From NCBI GenBank assembly GCA_021158105.1, contig JAGGVH010000016.1, positions 1 through 49,023 of the forward strand: a stretch of DNA of 49,023 nt. The letters are read 5' to 3'. Both the position numbers and the translations under genes were made by a program. Of the stretch, positions 1 to 10,564 are shown in pieces. This stretch comes from Candidatus Micrarchaeota archaeon. GTDB lineage: Archaea > Micrarchaeota > Micrarchaeia > Anstonellales > JAGGVH01. Each line of letters opens with the position of its first letter. Position 1 is the first letter of the stretch. The notes under the pieces are model-generated. The model did not search any database. It was not told the DNA's origin and saw only the letters and a program-made list of their open reading frames with translations.

Positions 1-1
1 G

Positions 2-214
2 AATACTGTGCCGTATGATGACAAGTCACCGTTTATCACATCAGGGATACGTCTGGGCACGCCAGTAGTGACCACGCGAGGGATGAAAGAAAACGAAATG
101 AGACTGATTGCTGAATGGATTAACAAAGTTATAAACTCAAAAGGCGCAGACTCTGAAAACATAAAGAAGGAAGTTGAAGAGTTTGCAGGGAAATGGCCGT
201 TGTTTGTTGTATGA
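2..214 (+). CDS. glyA: Serine hydroxymethyltransferase, C-terminal fragment (5' end outside window)
   Basis: [26 protein letters not shown] is the conserved SHMT C-terminal signature; the frame is open from the window edge. Confidence 0.93.
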   Translation, partial: NTVPYDDKSPFITSGIRLGTPVVTTRGMKENEMRLIAEWINKVINSKGADSENIKKEVEEFAGKWPLFVV

Positions 215-216
215 AT

Positions 217-765
217 CTAACTTTTTCCACCTGGTTTGTAATATTCTATAAGGTCACGCAAAGTCCACGGTTTGCAATCCTTTTTGTCAAACCCGAGAAG
301 TTGAGCATATTTATAAACCACAGCACTTGATCCTGCCTCAATCTCAAGAAATGTTGGGATATAATCATACTGCCCTTCATACTTATCAATCTCAAAGTGT
401 ACACCATTTAAAACATAACTCGTTCTGTGCTTTTTTATATTCAACCATACTGACAAACCTAACAATTCCAATATCTTTTTTGTAACGTTAAAACTTGAAA
501 CTTTTATTTCATACTCCTCCCTTACTTTAACATGTTCATCTCTTTTTAAGATAGAATGCTTAAGAGTAAGGAATGCCTTGTTACCTATTGTCCTCAATCT
601 TAGAATCTTACCATTTTTCCTTAATGAATTGTCCTTATAATCAAAATATAACGCATTAACATCATCATCAATGATTTTTTTTGCGTTTAGCAATTTCAGT
701 TTGTTCTCAATATCTTTTTTATTGACATTTAATATCTTAGCTTCAATCTCAATATTATCCTGCAT
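217..765 (-). CDS. CYTH-domain protein (class IV adenylate cyclase/triphosphatase family)
   Basis: N-terminal ExExK (IEIEAK), LRLR, LTLK, REEYE, KKHRTSY and FLEIE motifs. Confidence 0.88.
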   Translation of the reverse strand: MQDNIEIEAKILNVNKKDIENKLKLLNAKKIIDDDVNALYFDYKDNSLRKNGKILRLRTIGNKAFLTLKHSILKRDEHVKVREEYEIKVSSFNVTKKILELLGLSVWLNIKKHRTSYVLNGVHFEIDKYEGQYDYIPTFLEIEAGSSAVVYKYAQLLGFDKKDCKPWTLRDLIEYYKPGGKS

Positions 766-867
766 AAAAGTAGTAAGACAAAAAGATTAATAAATATATA
801 CAACACCAAACTACTATCGAAGAATATCTTTTAATAAATTCAAAAAATTATCTAAAAATAATATTAA

Positions 868-1494
868 TTAATCAATCCTTTTCACACTAAAATAAAACGG
901 ACTAAAATTAACTTCTACATACAACCCTAATTTGATAGATGGAACCTTAAAAATATGAGTAAGACCAATTTTAGTATAACCTATCTGTTCATGAATATGT
1001 CCACAAAATACTGCAAACGGCTGTTTGTTTTCAATGCTCTCACGAAGTGCAACAGACCCTGCATGATCACCGCGCGGAGTTGCATCAAATATATTATACG
1101 GTGGAAAATGACTCAATAATATAGTATCATAAGTTATATTCATCTTTTCCAATTGTTTTTTAATCTCATCCTCAGTCTTTTCATAAACAGTATTGAACGG
1201 CGTGATCGGCGACCCGCCAATGCCTTTCACATCCCATGACTTAAACGTCTTTTTCTTATTTTCAACATTAAACTCTTCCATTATATCCCTAACATCTAAA
1301 GGATCATTATTGCCCGGGACATAATAAAGAGGTATGTTCTTATGCTTAAAAAGATTAACAAACTTCTGTGTGAACACTTTATCATACGACAAATCACCCA
1401 AAAAGAATACTGAATCATAATGATGATTGTCTAATAGATTATCTAATTTTTGAAGGATATTGCTACTGTGCAAATCAGATAAACACAAAATCAT
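868..1494 (-). CDS. Calcineurin-like metallophosphoesterase (Icc-related)
   Basis: DLH, GD, GNND, SHFPP and CGHIHE motifs. Confidence 0.9.
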   Translation of the reverse strand: MILCLSDLHSSNILQKLDNLLDNHHYDSVFFLGDLSYDKVFTQKFVNLFKHKNIPLYYVPGNNDPLDVRDIMEEFNVENKKKTFKSWDVKGIGGSPITPFNTVYEKTEDEIKKQLEKMNITYDTILLSHFPPYNIFDATPRGDHAGSVALRESIENKQPFAVFCGHIHEQIGYTKIGLTHIFKVPSIKLGLYVEVNFSPFYFSVKRID

Positions 1495-1523
1495 GATACC
1501 GCCCTAAATTTGTGTTGCTGTCT

Positions 1524-2411
1524 TTACCTTTTCCGTTTATGTGAAGAACGTTTAACTCCCAAACTCTTCTTTCCATGGTTATTACGTTTAGATTTTCTGA
1601 AGTTTTGTTTTTTCTTGTGTTTCACAGGAAGGTGCGATATCTCATCCAACCTTTCCTTAATATCTTTCTTAAGAAAACTTGACAAATCTTTATGTGTAAA
1701 CCAGTCTGCACGTGCTGCTATAGACAATTGGTTAGCATACAACCTGCTGACCCTCCCGCTAATATTCTTTGGAGCCTTTGCAATCTCTGGAATTTGAAAT
1801 ATGACACCGTGTTTTGGCGGGTTACTTCCAGTCCTCAAATGTTTAAACAACGCCTTTTCTGCACCAAACACCTGTATAGTACTCGACGGTAACATAGCAA
1901 GCTTTTCCATACCACCGGCATGTCTTAAAAGTTGCGCAACCACTATTGGTGGAGCGATCGAACACATGTTAGGTGCAATCTTCTTAGTATTAGATTCTAT
2001 AAACTTCTCAAGTTCATTCTTAACATTGATGAGTGAAACTAAATTCTCAGCAATCCTTTTTATCATTTTAAGACTATCCCTATCAGGTTCTGCACCGATT
2101 CGATTCTTCAATGCTTTCTGAACAATTTCTGTTTTCTTCTCAGACAACTGGCCATTATACTCATGCTTAAAATCATATTCAACAATGAATTGTGCATATT
2201 CAGATATACTGAGAATGTCTTTAAGTTCTGGAAAGTAATAGTCATACCATGCAAATATCCGTTCATACAACCTGTTAATCATATCATTATACTCTTCGAG
2301 CATGCTGACCGCCTGAATTATTGAATAATCCGGCAACATTAATTCCTGTTTTGTTTTTATCTTAGCCTTCTTAATACTTTCCATTATAAGTTGCTTTTTA
2401 GACTTTGCCAT
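1524..2411 (-). CDS. nop5: Box C/D RNP protein Nop5 (Nop56/58)
   Basis: WYDYYFPEL, LAMLPSSTIQVFGAEKALFKHL, PPKHGVIFQ, IAARAD. Start placed at ATG 2411 (MAKSKK) because the longer ORF overlaps the divergent gene. Confidence 0.9.
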   Translation of the reverse strand: MAKSKKQLIMESIKKAKIKTKQELMLPDYSIIQAVSMLEEYNDMINRLYERIFAWYDYYFPELKDILSISEYAQFIVEYDFKHEYNGQLSEKKTEIVQKALKNRIGAEPDRDSLKMIKRIAENLVSLINVKNELEKFIESNTKKIAPNMCSIAPPIVVAQLLRHAGGMEKLAMLPSSTIQVFGAEKALFKHLRTGSNPPKHGVIFQIPEIAKAPKNISGRVSRLYANQLSIAARADWFTHKDLSSFLKKDIKERLDEISHLPVKHKKKQNFRKSKRNNHGKKSLGVKRSSHKRKR

Positions 2412-2463
2412 GATATGGAATTGTTTAGGAACATTTTTATATCTAACGTTTGGAATATAATAC

Positions 2464-3159
2464 ATGAACAACTTAACACAGGTAGCAAGCATGTTTGCAT
2501 CAAACGACATATTTCTTTTGTTCGTAATGATAAAGTTATTGATAGGGATATTAGCAGTGGGATACATGTTTAACTTTTATTTGTCATGGTGGAAAACAAA
2601 AAAGAAGTTGTCAGTAATATCATTCTACGCTTTAAACAAAATAGTAAAAAAAGCAAAACTTTTAACCTTAGGGTTATTGTTTCTAGTGGTGTCATTCTTC
2701 TTAGAGTTTTTATTAGTCGTAGGGATATTAGGTCCAGAGTTATACATTTGGATTGGCATCGCGCAAGTCATCTCAATCGTATTCATAGGATATGCATTTT
2801 ATGAAATGATGAGGAAAGACCTCCCCAGTGCTGTGATGATCGAAAAGAATGTGAATTCTTTACCCATTACATCAATGCCGTCACAAGCCATACGCGAGAT
2901 TAATAAGAAAGAAGGGATCTATGATGAAGAATATATCAAACGAAAACTGTCGCAGATACCTGTCCCCGAAAAAATATTAAAAAAGTTTAAACATAAAAAA
3001 GTTAAGAGTAAAAAAACAAAAAAGAAAATTAAAAAGACTACAAAACATAAAACTAAAACCAAACCTAAATCACCTGTAAAAAACAAAACTAAAAAGTCTA
3101 AAGTAAAAAATAAAAAACAAAACAAAAAAAGTAAAACACATAAACAGCATAAACGGTGA
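2464..3159 (+). CDS. Membrane protein (about 3 TM helices) with a long Lys-rich C-terminal tail
   Basis: Three hydrophobic segments followed by a ~60-aa K/T/S-rich tail. Confidence 0.7.
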   Translation: MNNLTQVASMFASNDIFLLFVMIKLLIGILAVGYMFNFYLSWWKTKKKLSVISFYALNKIVKKAKLLTLGLLFLVVSFFLEFLLVVGILGPELYIWIGIAQVISIVFIGYAFYEMMRKDLPSAVMIEKNVNSLPITSMPSQAIREINKKEGIYDEEYIKRKLSQIPVPEKILKKFKHKKVKSKKTKKKIKKTTKHKTKTKPKSPVKNKTKKSKVKNKKQNKKSKTHKQHKR

Positions 3160-3163
3160 TAAT

Positions 3164-3577
3164 ATGGGGATAATAGATAACATAAAATCAATGTTTGGAA
3201 TTAAACAAAAAAAATACAATTTACCTTACTTAATAAAAACCAAAGTTCATCCACTCAGGTTAAAAGCAAAACAGAATGATACTATTACACTTGAAGTTGT
3301 TGTTAAGAATGTAAGCGATGAAAAAAAATTGACATCAGTAACACTTAAAACAAGCAGATGGATCGGAACTGATTTAACAGGACTGAAAAAGATTGAGAAA
3401 ATAAAACTCGGTTATATGGAACCAGGTGATACAAAGACTGTAAACTTTAATGTCCACAGCAACAGTTCAACACCTGCCGGCAACCATAAAGCTGCTGTTA
3501 TAGTTCAATCTCATTTTAAAGATTATAACCAAGTCATGAATGCAGTCAAAAAAATAATAGACATCAGGGCGGCTTAG
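3164..3577 (+). CDS. Hypothetical protein, Ig-like/CARDB-like beta-sandwich
   Basis: ITLEVVVKN..LGYMEPGDTKTVNFNV..TPAGNH pattern. Confidence 0.6.
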   Translation: MGIIDNIKSMFGIKQKKYNLPYLIKTKVHPLRLKAKQNDTITLEVVVKNVSDEKKLTSVTLKTSRWIGTDLTGLKKIEKIKLGYMEPGDTKTVNFNVHSNSSTPAGNHKAAVIVQSHFKDYNQVMNAVKKIIDIRAA

Positions 3578-3873
3578 TTTTTTGTATCGTTTCCTTCTTT
3601 AACTTCTGGTTTGGATTCTGCCCTCCTAAATATCTCAATAATATGAGTTGCAATCATCCCACCGTTCTCAGTCAATGAAACAACCTGATACTTTCGTTCT
3701 TTTTTTATGTCAACAATGCCCAAGTCCATAAGCTTATGAAGAATCTTGGTTGCATACACATATGTGCACCCGCTCGCACGCGCCAATGATGAAATGTTCA
3801 TTTCCTTCTCTTTAAGATTAACCAACATCTTTGCAACCTTAACCTTAAATATCAAATCAGTTATCTCGGCCAT
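3574..3873 (-). CDS. Winged-helix transcription regulator
   Basis: MNISSLARASGCTYVYATKILHKLMDLGIV..VSLTENG (MarR/ArsR-like wHTH). Confidence 0.8.
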   Translation of the reverse strand: MAEITDLIFKVKVAKMLVNLKEKEMNISSLARASGCTYVYATKILHKLMDLGIVDIKKERKYQVVSLTENGGMIATHIIEIFRRAESKPEVKEGNDTKN

Positions 3874-4535
3874 AATACATAAATACTCATTCCATTTTTA
3901 TACTTTTCCTTTAACAATTTCAAAATTCCTGGGAGATGTCCTGCACCTATAACACATAACAATGTATCATTTGTCTCTAAAACCTTTTCAATATTTCTCA
4001 CCATGTATATGTTACGTTTTTCAATCATAACATTATACACAGTTGGAAGATGACGCTTAAACATTATGATCAAATCTTCAATTTCCTGCGGCGATAACCC
4101 ATACATCACGTCACCCTTCTTAAACATTGATGATATGTCAACCTTAATATGCTCTCTTGTGAACATTGCTCTGAACCATTCGGACAATGGAACTGACGAA
4201 AGGCCTTTCATAATAATGTTTATTGGTATGTCAATCAATGCAATCTTAATCTTCCTTTTTGACGCTTCGATTATTGCAGTTTTCATTTCCTCACCGGGTT
4301 TGATCCCTACGGCCCATCCGATAGATTGTTGGACATAATACAGTAATAGGTGTAAAGGGTTAAGTGTTGGGATGATGCTACGTTTCTGCGACATTAACGA
4401 ACGAAACCTATTATAACAAAGTTCCACACATACTACATCTGGAGATGCATCATTAATCCCATTTTTTACAGTATTGATTGACGCCTTTGACACGTGTGCC
4501 ACAGGTATAATATAAATTTTCTTCATAACATTCAC
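3861..4535 (-). CDS. TraB/PrgY family protein
   Basis: AHVS, PDVVCVELC..R, PGEEM..A, IALID, EKRNIYM, VIGAGHLPGI. Confidence 0.88.
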   Translation of the reverse strand: MNVMKKIYIIPVAHVSKASINTVKNGINDASPDVVCVELCYNRFRSLMSQKRSIIPTLNPLHLLLYYVQQSIGWAVGIKPGEEMKTAIIEASKRKIKIALIDIPINIIMKGLSSVPLSEWFRAMFTREHIKVDISSMFKKGDVMYGLSPQEIEDLIIMFKRHLPTVYNVMIEKRNIYMVRNIEKVLETNDTLLCVIGAGHLPGILKLLKEKYKNGMSIYVLWPR

Positions 4536-4607
4536 AAAATAGGTTTAAGGATAAAAGGTTAAAAATACAGTAGTCTTATACATATTAAGAAGTTGTTATG
4601 AGGTGGT

Positions 4608-5891
4608 ATGATGATAATAAAAGATATGAAAGGCATTGAAATATTAGACTCGCGTGGCAATCCCACTATTGAGATTGATATTACAATAAAAAGTAAAAAA
4701 ACTGTGACTGCAAGAGGAATAGCACCGTCAGGCGCATCACGCGGAGAATATGAAGCATGGGAATTAAGAGATGGTGGTAGAAGATATCTTGGCAAAGGAG
4801 TTTTAAAGGCAGTCAACAATGTTAAGTTAATTTTAAAACATACTAAGAATAAAAAATTTACACAGAAAACGTTTGATGAAAAACTATGCAATATTGCAGG
4901 GCCGAATAAAAAAAAGATTGGCGGCAATACTACTACTGCAGCATCACTGGCATTCCTCAATGCGTCTGCTAAACTCAAAGGCAAATGGGTTTATGAGTAC
5001 TTAGGCGGAAAAGTATTGCCGGTTCCGTTTATGAACATAATAAACGGCGGACGGCATGCAGGAAACCGTTTAGCAATCCAAGAATTTTTGATTGTGCCAT
5101 TCGGTGCAAAAACATTCAAGCAAGCAGTCCAATGGAACAGTGAAATATATCATACACTTGGAAAGTATTTGGTTGATATTTATGGACCGACAGCAAAAAA
5201 TGTAGGTGATGAAGGTGGTTATGCGCCCCCTATGGAAAACACTGAACAAGCATTGTCAGCGATATACTGGGCAATTGAAGAGTTGGGGTATAATGGAAAG
5301 GTTGGTATGGCTATCGACGCAGCAGCATCAGAATTTTATGATAAGATGTATAACATTGACGGTGCATCGATGACTCCTCCTGAACTCTTAGAATATTATG
5401 AACAACTCATTGCAGAATATCCCATTGTCAGCATCGAAGACCCGTTTGAACAGAATGATTATAGGATGTTCAGTGAACTTAGAAAAACATTCAGCAACAC
5501 TAATGTCCAAATTATAGCAGATGACCTGACAGTTACCAATCTGTCACGAGTCAAACGGGCGATTGATGAAGGGTCAATGGACACTTTACTTCTCAAAGTT
5601 AACCAGATCGGGACAGTGTATGAAGCATATGAAGCATTCAAATATTGTTTATCCCATGGTGTTAGGACAATGATATCCCACCGCAGCGGCGAAACAGAAG
5701 ATACTACGATAGCCGACCTCGCAGTGGGCCTTGAAACTGGACAGATTAAGAGCGGGGCACCTGCAAGGGGCGAGAGGACTGCCAAGTATAACCAATTACT
5801 ACGAATTGAAGAAAGACTAGGGAAAAAGGCCAAGTATGCAGGTAAAGACTTTAGAAAATACGGGAGAAAGATTAGAATGTTTGAGAGATAA
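4608..5891 (+). CDS. eno: Enolase
   Basis: DSRGNPT, PSGAS, GDEGG, LLKVNQIG, SHRSGETED, RTAKYNQLLRIEE. Confidence 0.98.
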   Translation: MMIIKDMKGIEILDSRGNPTIEIDITIKSKKTVTARGIAPSGASRGEYEAWELRDGGRRYLGKGVLKAVNNVKLILKHTKNKKFTQKTFDEKLCNIAGPNKKKIGGNTTTAASLAFLNASAKLKGKWVYEYLGGKVLPVPFMNIINGGRHAGNRLAIQEFLIVPFGAKTFKQAVQWNSEIYHTLGKYLVDIYGPTAKNVGDEGGYAPPMENTEQALSAIYWAIEELGYNGKVGMAIDAAASEFYDKMYNIDGASMTPPELLEYYEQLIAEYPIVSIEDPFEQNDYRMFSELRKTFSNTNVQIIADDLTVTNLSRVKRAIDEGSMDTLLLKVNQIGTVYEAYEAFKYCLSHGVRTMISHRSGETEDTTIADLAVGLETGQIKSGAPARGERTAKYNQLLRIEERLGKKAKYAGKDFRKYGRKIRMFER

Positions 5892-6133
5892 AATTAAGAA
5901 ACTACAATGATAACACAACATTTTTAAATATTTATACTTAAATTAATATGGCTAAAATTTAATACTTTTAATAGCATGATAGAGGGTTAGAATTAACTAA
6001 TATCATGTAAAGTTAAAAGATATATAAAGTGGAAAGTTTGATAAAACTTGTATATATTTTAGACATTGGTATAAACTATAAGATTATGAAAGTTGTAAAA
6101 GTATGATAGTAAAAAGGTTAGGAGGTGGTGAAT

Positions 6134-7774
6134 ATGACAAACATTGAAAATCAACAAATGGCAATGATGCCTGAAGGTTCTAAGAGGATATTGGGAAGAG
6201 ATGCACAACGATTAAACATCTTAATAGGTTATGCAGTCGCAAACACTATCAAGACAACATTGGGACCAAAAGGCATGGACAAAATGTTAGTTAGCGACTT
6301 GGGTGACATTGTAATCACAAATGACGGTGCAACCATACTTGAAGAAATGAACGTTGAACATCCCGCTGCTAAGATTATGGTTGAGATTGCAAAGACACAA
6401 GACAAAGAAGTCGGTGACGGCACAACAACATCAGTAGTAATCGCAGGCTATCTGTTAAAGAATGCCGGTGACCTTTTAGACCAAAATATTCATGCGTCAA
6501 CAATCATCAAAGGTTATAACTTGGCTGCAAAGAAGACTGATGAACTTCTCAAAGATTTAAGCTATAAAATTTCAATCAATGACAAAGAAAAACTTATTAA
6601 AATTGCATCAATCTCAATGGATTCTAAATCAATAGGTCTTGGAGAATCAAAAAGGTATTTAGCTGAATTAGTTGTTGATGCAATAACAGCAGTTGCAGAA
6701 GAAAAAAATGATCATTACATCATTGACACTGACCTGATAAAGATTGAAAAGAAAGAGGGCGGTGCAATCAAGGATACAAGATACATTAAAGGTGTAGTGA
6801 TCGACAAAGAGATTGTACACACTGGCATGCCTAAGAACATTAAAGATGCTAAGATTGCATTGTTAGAATGCCCATTAGAAATTGAAAAGACAGAAACTGA
6901 TGCAAAGATACAGATTACATCCCCTGACCAGATGAAAGCATTCCTTGACCAAGAAGAGAAGATGCTAAGAAACATGGTTAATAAAATAAAAGAATCTGGT
7001 GCAAACACAGTATTTTGCCAAAAAGGCATTGATGAACTTGCACAGCATTTTCTTGCAAAGGCAGGGATAGCAGCTGTTAGGAGAGTTAAAAAGTCTGACC
7101 TTGAAAAGTTATCACGTGCGACCAACGGCCGTATAATCTCAACATTGGATGACCTATCAGAAAAAGACTTGGGCAAGGCAGGCAAGGTTTATGAAGAGAA
7201 GGTGGCAGGAGAATCAATGGTGTTCATAGAAGGCTGTGAAAGTGCAAAAGCAGTTACATTATTTTTAAGAGCAGGCACAGAACATGTAGTAAACGAGGTG
7301 GAACGTGCAGTTGTTGATGCAATGGGTGCAGTTGCAAGCGCTATAGAGGATGGCAGTTATGTGACTGGTGGTGGCAGTATAGAGATTGAACTTGCCCAGA
7401 AACTCAGAGAGTATGCAATAAAGATTGGTGGCAGGGAACAATTAGCAATACAGGCATTTGCAGATTCTCTTGAAATCATTCCAAAGACCCTTGCAGAATC
7501 AACTGGTATGGATGCAATCGATACTTTAGTAACATTAAGGACAAATCACACAAAAGGCAATGTTTCTGACGGCATCAGTGTATACGATGCAAAGATTGAT
7601 GACATGGAAAAGCTCGGCGTCATTGAACCGACACGGGTCAAAAAACAAGCCGTGTCAAGCGCAACAGAAGCCGCCACGATGATGTTGAGGATTGATGACA
7701 TAATCGCATCAAAAGGTAAATCGACTGGTGGTGGTGCAGGCGCTGGCGGCATGCAAGGCATGGGTGGTATGTAA
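6134..7774 (+). CDS. ths: Thermosome (group II chaperonin) subunit
   Basis: [20 protein letters not shown]-rich tail; GGAGGTG RBS before ATG 6134. Confidence 0.98.
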   Translation: MTNIENQQMAMMPEGSKRILGRDAQRLNILIGYAVANTIKTTLGPKGMDKMLVSDLGDIVITNDGATILEEMNVEHPAAKIMVEIAKTQDKEVGDGTTTSVVIAGYLLKNAGDLLDQNIHASTIIKGYNLAAKKTDELLKDLSYKISINDKEKLIKIASISMDSKSIGLGESKRYLAELVVDAITAVAEEKNDHYIIDTDLIKIEKKEGGAIKDTRYIKGVVIDKEIVHTGMPKNIKDAKIALLECPLEIEKTETDAKIQITSPDQMKAFLDQEEKMLRNMVNKIKESGANTVFCQKGIDELAQHFLAKAGIAAVRRVKKSDLEKLSRATNGRIISTLDDLSEKDLGKAGKVYEEKVAGESMVFIEGCESAKAVTLFLRAGTEHVVNEVERAVVDAMGAVASAIEDGSYVTGGGSIEIELAQKLREYAIKIGGREQLAIQAFADSLEIIPKTLAESTGMDAIDTLVTLRTNHTKGNVSDGISVYDAKIDDMEKLGVIEPTRVKKQAVSSATEAATMMLRIDDIIASKGKSTGGGAGAGGMQGMGGM

Positions 7775-8938
7775 TTGAAATCATACCCATTTTCTTTTAT
7801 TTTTTGCCATTATGGAGAATTATGGTTAAAAGGCAGTAATAGAACACTCTTTCTTAAGAAACTAAAAAACAATGTTAAAAAACAACTCAATGTCACTCCG
7901 ATTATAAACAGAGATATCATGATTGTCCCATACTCACAAGAGAATTATGAAAGATTAAAATATGTGTTTGGGATTGACGGTTATGGTGTAGGAACAGAAG
8001 TTAACAAAGACATCAATGAAATTGTTAAAACGTCTGTTGATATAATTAAAAACTCAAACATAACAACTGAATCAAGCATTGAAGTTTCAGTAACAAGGAA
8101 AGATAAATCTTATGAACTAACATCGCCCGAAGTAACACACCTTGTCTTAAATAGAATAATCAAGGAAGGTATAAATGTTAATAAAAAAAGCAATACAAAA
8201 TTAATGATTAAAATAGGTAAGAAAGTTAAGATATACATAATACAATTACACAAAATATATAACACACGGTTTATGAACGGTGCGGGTGGATTGCCCTTTG
8301 GCATAACTGGCAAAGTCGGTGTGATGTTATCAGGTGGGATTGACAGTCCAGTTGCTGCATGGATGATGATGAAAAGGGGATGCAAACCAGTGTTTATTCA
8401 TTTTCATTCTGTTGACAATTTCAATCCGTTCACTGGACAGGGTGGTAAGATTGGTGACATTCTGAAACAGCTTAAAAAATATTCTCCTGACACATTAACA
8501 TTGTATGCGATAAACTTTAAACCAATAACAAAACAAATTGTACAACATGTCCCGCCAAGTGACAGGTTAATAGTTTACAGAAGATATATGTATAGGTTAA
8601 GTGAACAATTATTGAAAGATGAAAATATTAATACACTTGTTTCTGGTGAATCATTAGCACAGGTTGCATCGCAAACATTAGAAAACTTATCAGTAATAGA
8701 TGAAACATTAGGATATCCATACCTAATTCTTCGTCCATTGATTGGCATGGACAAAAAAGAAATAATTGCATTATCAAAACATATTGGAATATTTGAACAT
8801 TCAATCAAACCATACGATGACACATGTTCAAAATTCTTGCCAAAACATCCTACATTACATGCAAACTTAGAACAAATCAAATCATATGAAAAAAGGATTG
8901 GTGACATTAACATAGATTATAAAAAATTTAAAATATAA
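7775..8938 (+). CDS. thiI: tRNA 4-thiouridine(8) synthase ThiI
   Basis: HYGELWLKG.NR, THUMP region, PP-loop SGGIDS, GESLAQVASQT, RPLIGMDK; TTG start abuts the thermosome stop. Confidence 0.93.
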   Translation: MKSYPFSFIFCHYGELWLKGSNRTLFLKKLKNNVKKQLNVTPIINRDIMIVPYSQENYERLKYVFGIDGYGVGTEVNKDINEIVKTSVDIIKNSNITTESSIEVSVTRKDKSYELTSPEVTHLVLNRIIKEGINVNKKSNTKLMIKIGKKVKIYIIQLHKIYNTRFMNGAGGLPFGITGKVGVMLSGGIDSPVAAWMMMKRGCKPVFIHFHSVDNFNPFTGQGGKIGDILKQLKKYSPDTLTLYAINFKPITKQIVQHVPPSDRLIVYRRYMYRLSEQLLKDENINTLVSGESLAQVASQTLENLSVIDETLGYPYLILRPLIGMDKKEIIALSKHIGIFEHSIKPYDDTCSKFLPKHPTLHANLEQIKSYEKRIGDINIDYKKFKI

Positions 8939-8980
8939 TACAAAAAACCTAATCTGGCTTGAAAACAGAAATACATACAA

Positions 8981-10282
8981 CTATGTCTTTGCTTGATAAG
9001 GTATATTATCCTTTTCAGTACCCACTTCAATGTTTTTATTTTCTTTGTCCATAATAAGTGCTTGGTAATGCCTTAACTGAATTACACGAGCATCCAATAC
9101 ATAATCAATAGATTGTTGTATATTACTTCTATTGAGTGCTCTCACAGAATTTACTAATTTTTCTCCTATTTCCCATATCATATGATTATATGTTTTATCA
9201 TGCAAATAAGGTGTTAACCAGTTATTTATCAGATTGATTAATTTTTTAACTTGCCAATATTTTGATGGTTGTATATTTTTAGAAGTTTTATTTTTCTCCA
9301 ACTTATACAATAAATCAATATATTCAATGACTATATTGTCTATATAATCATGAAGATAAACAAACTGCTCATAACTTGCCAATAGATTTTGTCTTCTTTT
9401 ATAAAGAGCAGGTTTAAGTAGTTCGATAATCTCAACATTTCTTTTAATAAACCTATCTCTAACTGCTATCACTTTCATCAAAGCAGCAGGCCAATTTCTC
9501 TCTTTTCTTTTTCTTATCCTCTCGGGGTCGTTTGATGATTTTATTAAATCTATTGCACCTATTTTATCAGTCAATGTAGATAAAAGTTGTTTAGATTCAA
9601 CCTTGAATTTATGCCTCTTTTTCCTTAATTTTTTAGCTATAATCAAAAGTTCATTAATAACTCGTCTTCTTTCTTCATCTGTTGAACCTTTGCCAAGCTG
9701 TGGCATATATCTTATAATATCATCTAAACAATCAATCAGCTCATTATTTTGTTTATATTCTGATACTAAAGAATCGATTGTATGTTGTGTTCCGCGTATT
9801 GCTTTTGGTAAAGAATCAAAAGTTATCTTACGTTCTACTTTTTCCCCATTCTTCCAATTACTTGTTGGAATAATTATTAATCCATTTTTGTCAATTGTTA
9901 TATTTGTTTCATTGAGCGGTTTAACATGACTAAACCTGTTTGTTAAAGGACCGATGATGGGCATTTCGTTTATAAAAATTTCTACAATGATTGCAACATA
10001 CTCCTTTTCGGTCATCATTTTTTTATAATTCCCATTAGCTATAAAATATTTTATTCTTTTCCACAGTTCTGCAAGCGTTTCATCACTCTCAATAAGCTTA
10101 GAAACCATCGCATTATTAGAAGCAGTACATGCATTTTTAGCAATCTGTTTACCATACCTTCTTCCAAACATTTTTTCCAGATTGATAAATTTTTTTCCAT
10201 AAGTGTCCCTTATGATGATCAATGCTGAACGTACCCAATTACGCGCTCTAAAATGAACATTATGAACATACTTCATATTCAT
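8981..10282 (-). CDS. Hypothetical protein (433 aa, basic, helical)
   Basis: Long ORF with an upstream TATA-like sequence; no recognisable motif. Confidence 0.7.
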   Translation of the reverse strand: MNMKYVHNVHFRARNWVRSALIIIRDTYGKKFINLEKMFGRRYGKQIAKNACTASNNAMVSKLIESDETLAELWKRIKYFIANGNYKKMMTEKEYVAIIVEIFINEMPIIGPLTNRFSHVKPLNETNITIDKNGLIIIPTSNWKNGEKVERKITFDSLPKAIRGTQHTIDSLVSEYKQNNELIDCLDDIIRYMPQLGKGSTDEERRRVINELLIIAKKLRKKRHKFKVESKQLLSTLTDKIGAIDLIKSSNDPERIRKRKERNWPAALMKVIAVRDRFIKRNVEIIELLKPALYKRRQNLLASYEQFVYLHDYIDNIVIEYIDLLYKLEKNKTSKNIQPSKYWQVKKLINLINNWLTPYLHDKTYNHMIWEIGEKLVNSVRALNRSNIQQSIDYVLDARVIQLRHYQALIMDKENKNIEVGTEKDNIPYQAKT

Positions 10283-10370
10283 ATAATAAATTTAATAAAA
10301 ATGATTTAAAAATATATGCAGTAATATAATGGGTTTAAAAAACAAAACCAAATTAAACAACTTATAATTA

Positions 10371-10488
10371 TGCGGCTGTCGGGATTTGAACCCGAATCAT
10401 AGGCTTACCTCTTTCTACTTTCAACCCTATCAGAAAAATCTTTTTCTATTGGAAGGCCTGCGTCCTAACCAGGTTAGACTACAGCCGC
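10371..10488 (-). tRNA. tRNA-Gly(TCC) with 44-nt intron at 37/38 (10406-10449)
   Basis: Acceptor GCGGCTG/CAGCCGC-A, D-arm GTCT..GGAC, anticodon loop CT-TCC-A|A, T-arm TCGGG-TTCAAAT-CCCGA, BHB central helix CTTC/GAGG; CCA not encoded. Confidence 0.93.
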
Positions 10489-10564
10489 ATAACAATGAAC
10501 ATAAATATAAAATAAAAAGTTTAAAAAGGTTTTTTATAATTCTATTCACATTCGTAAAATACAT

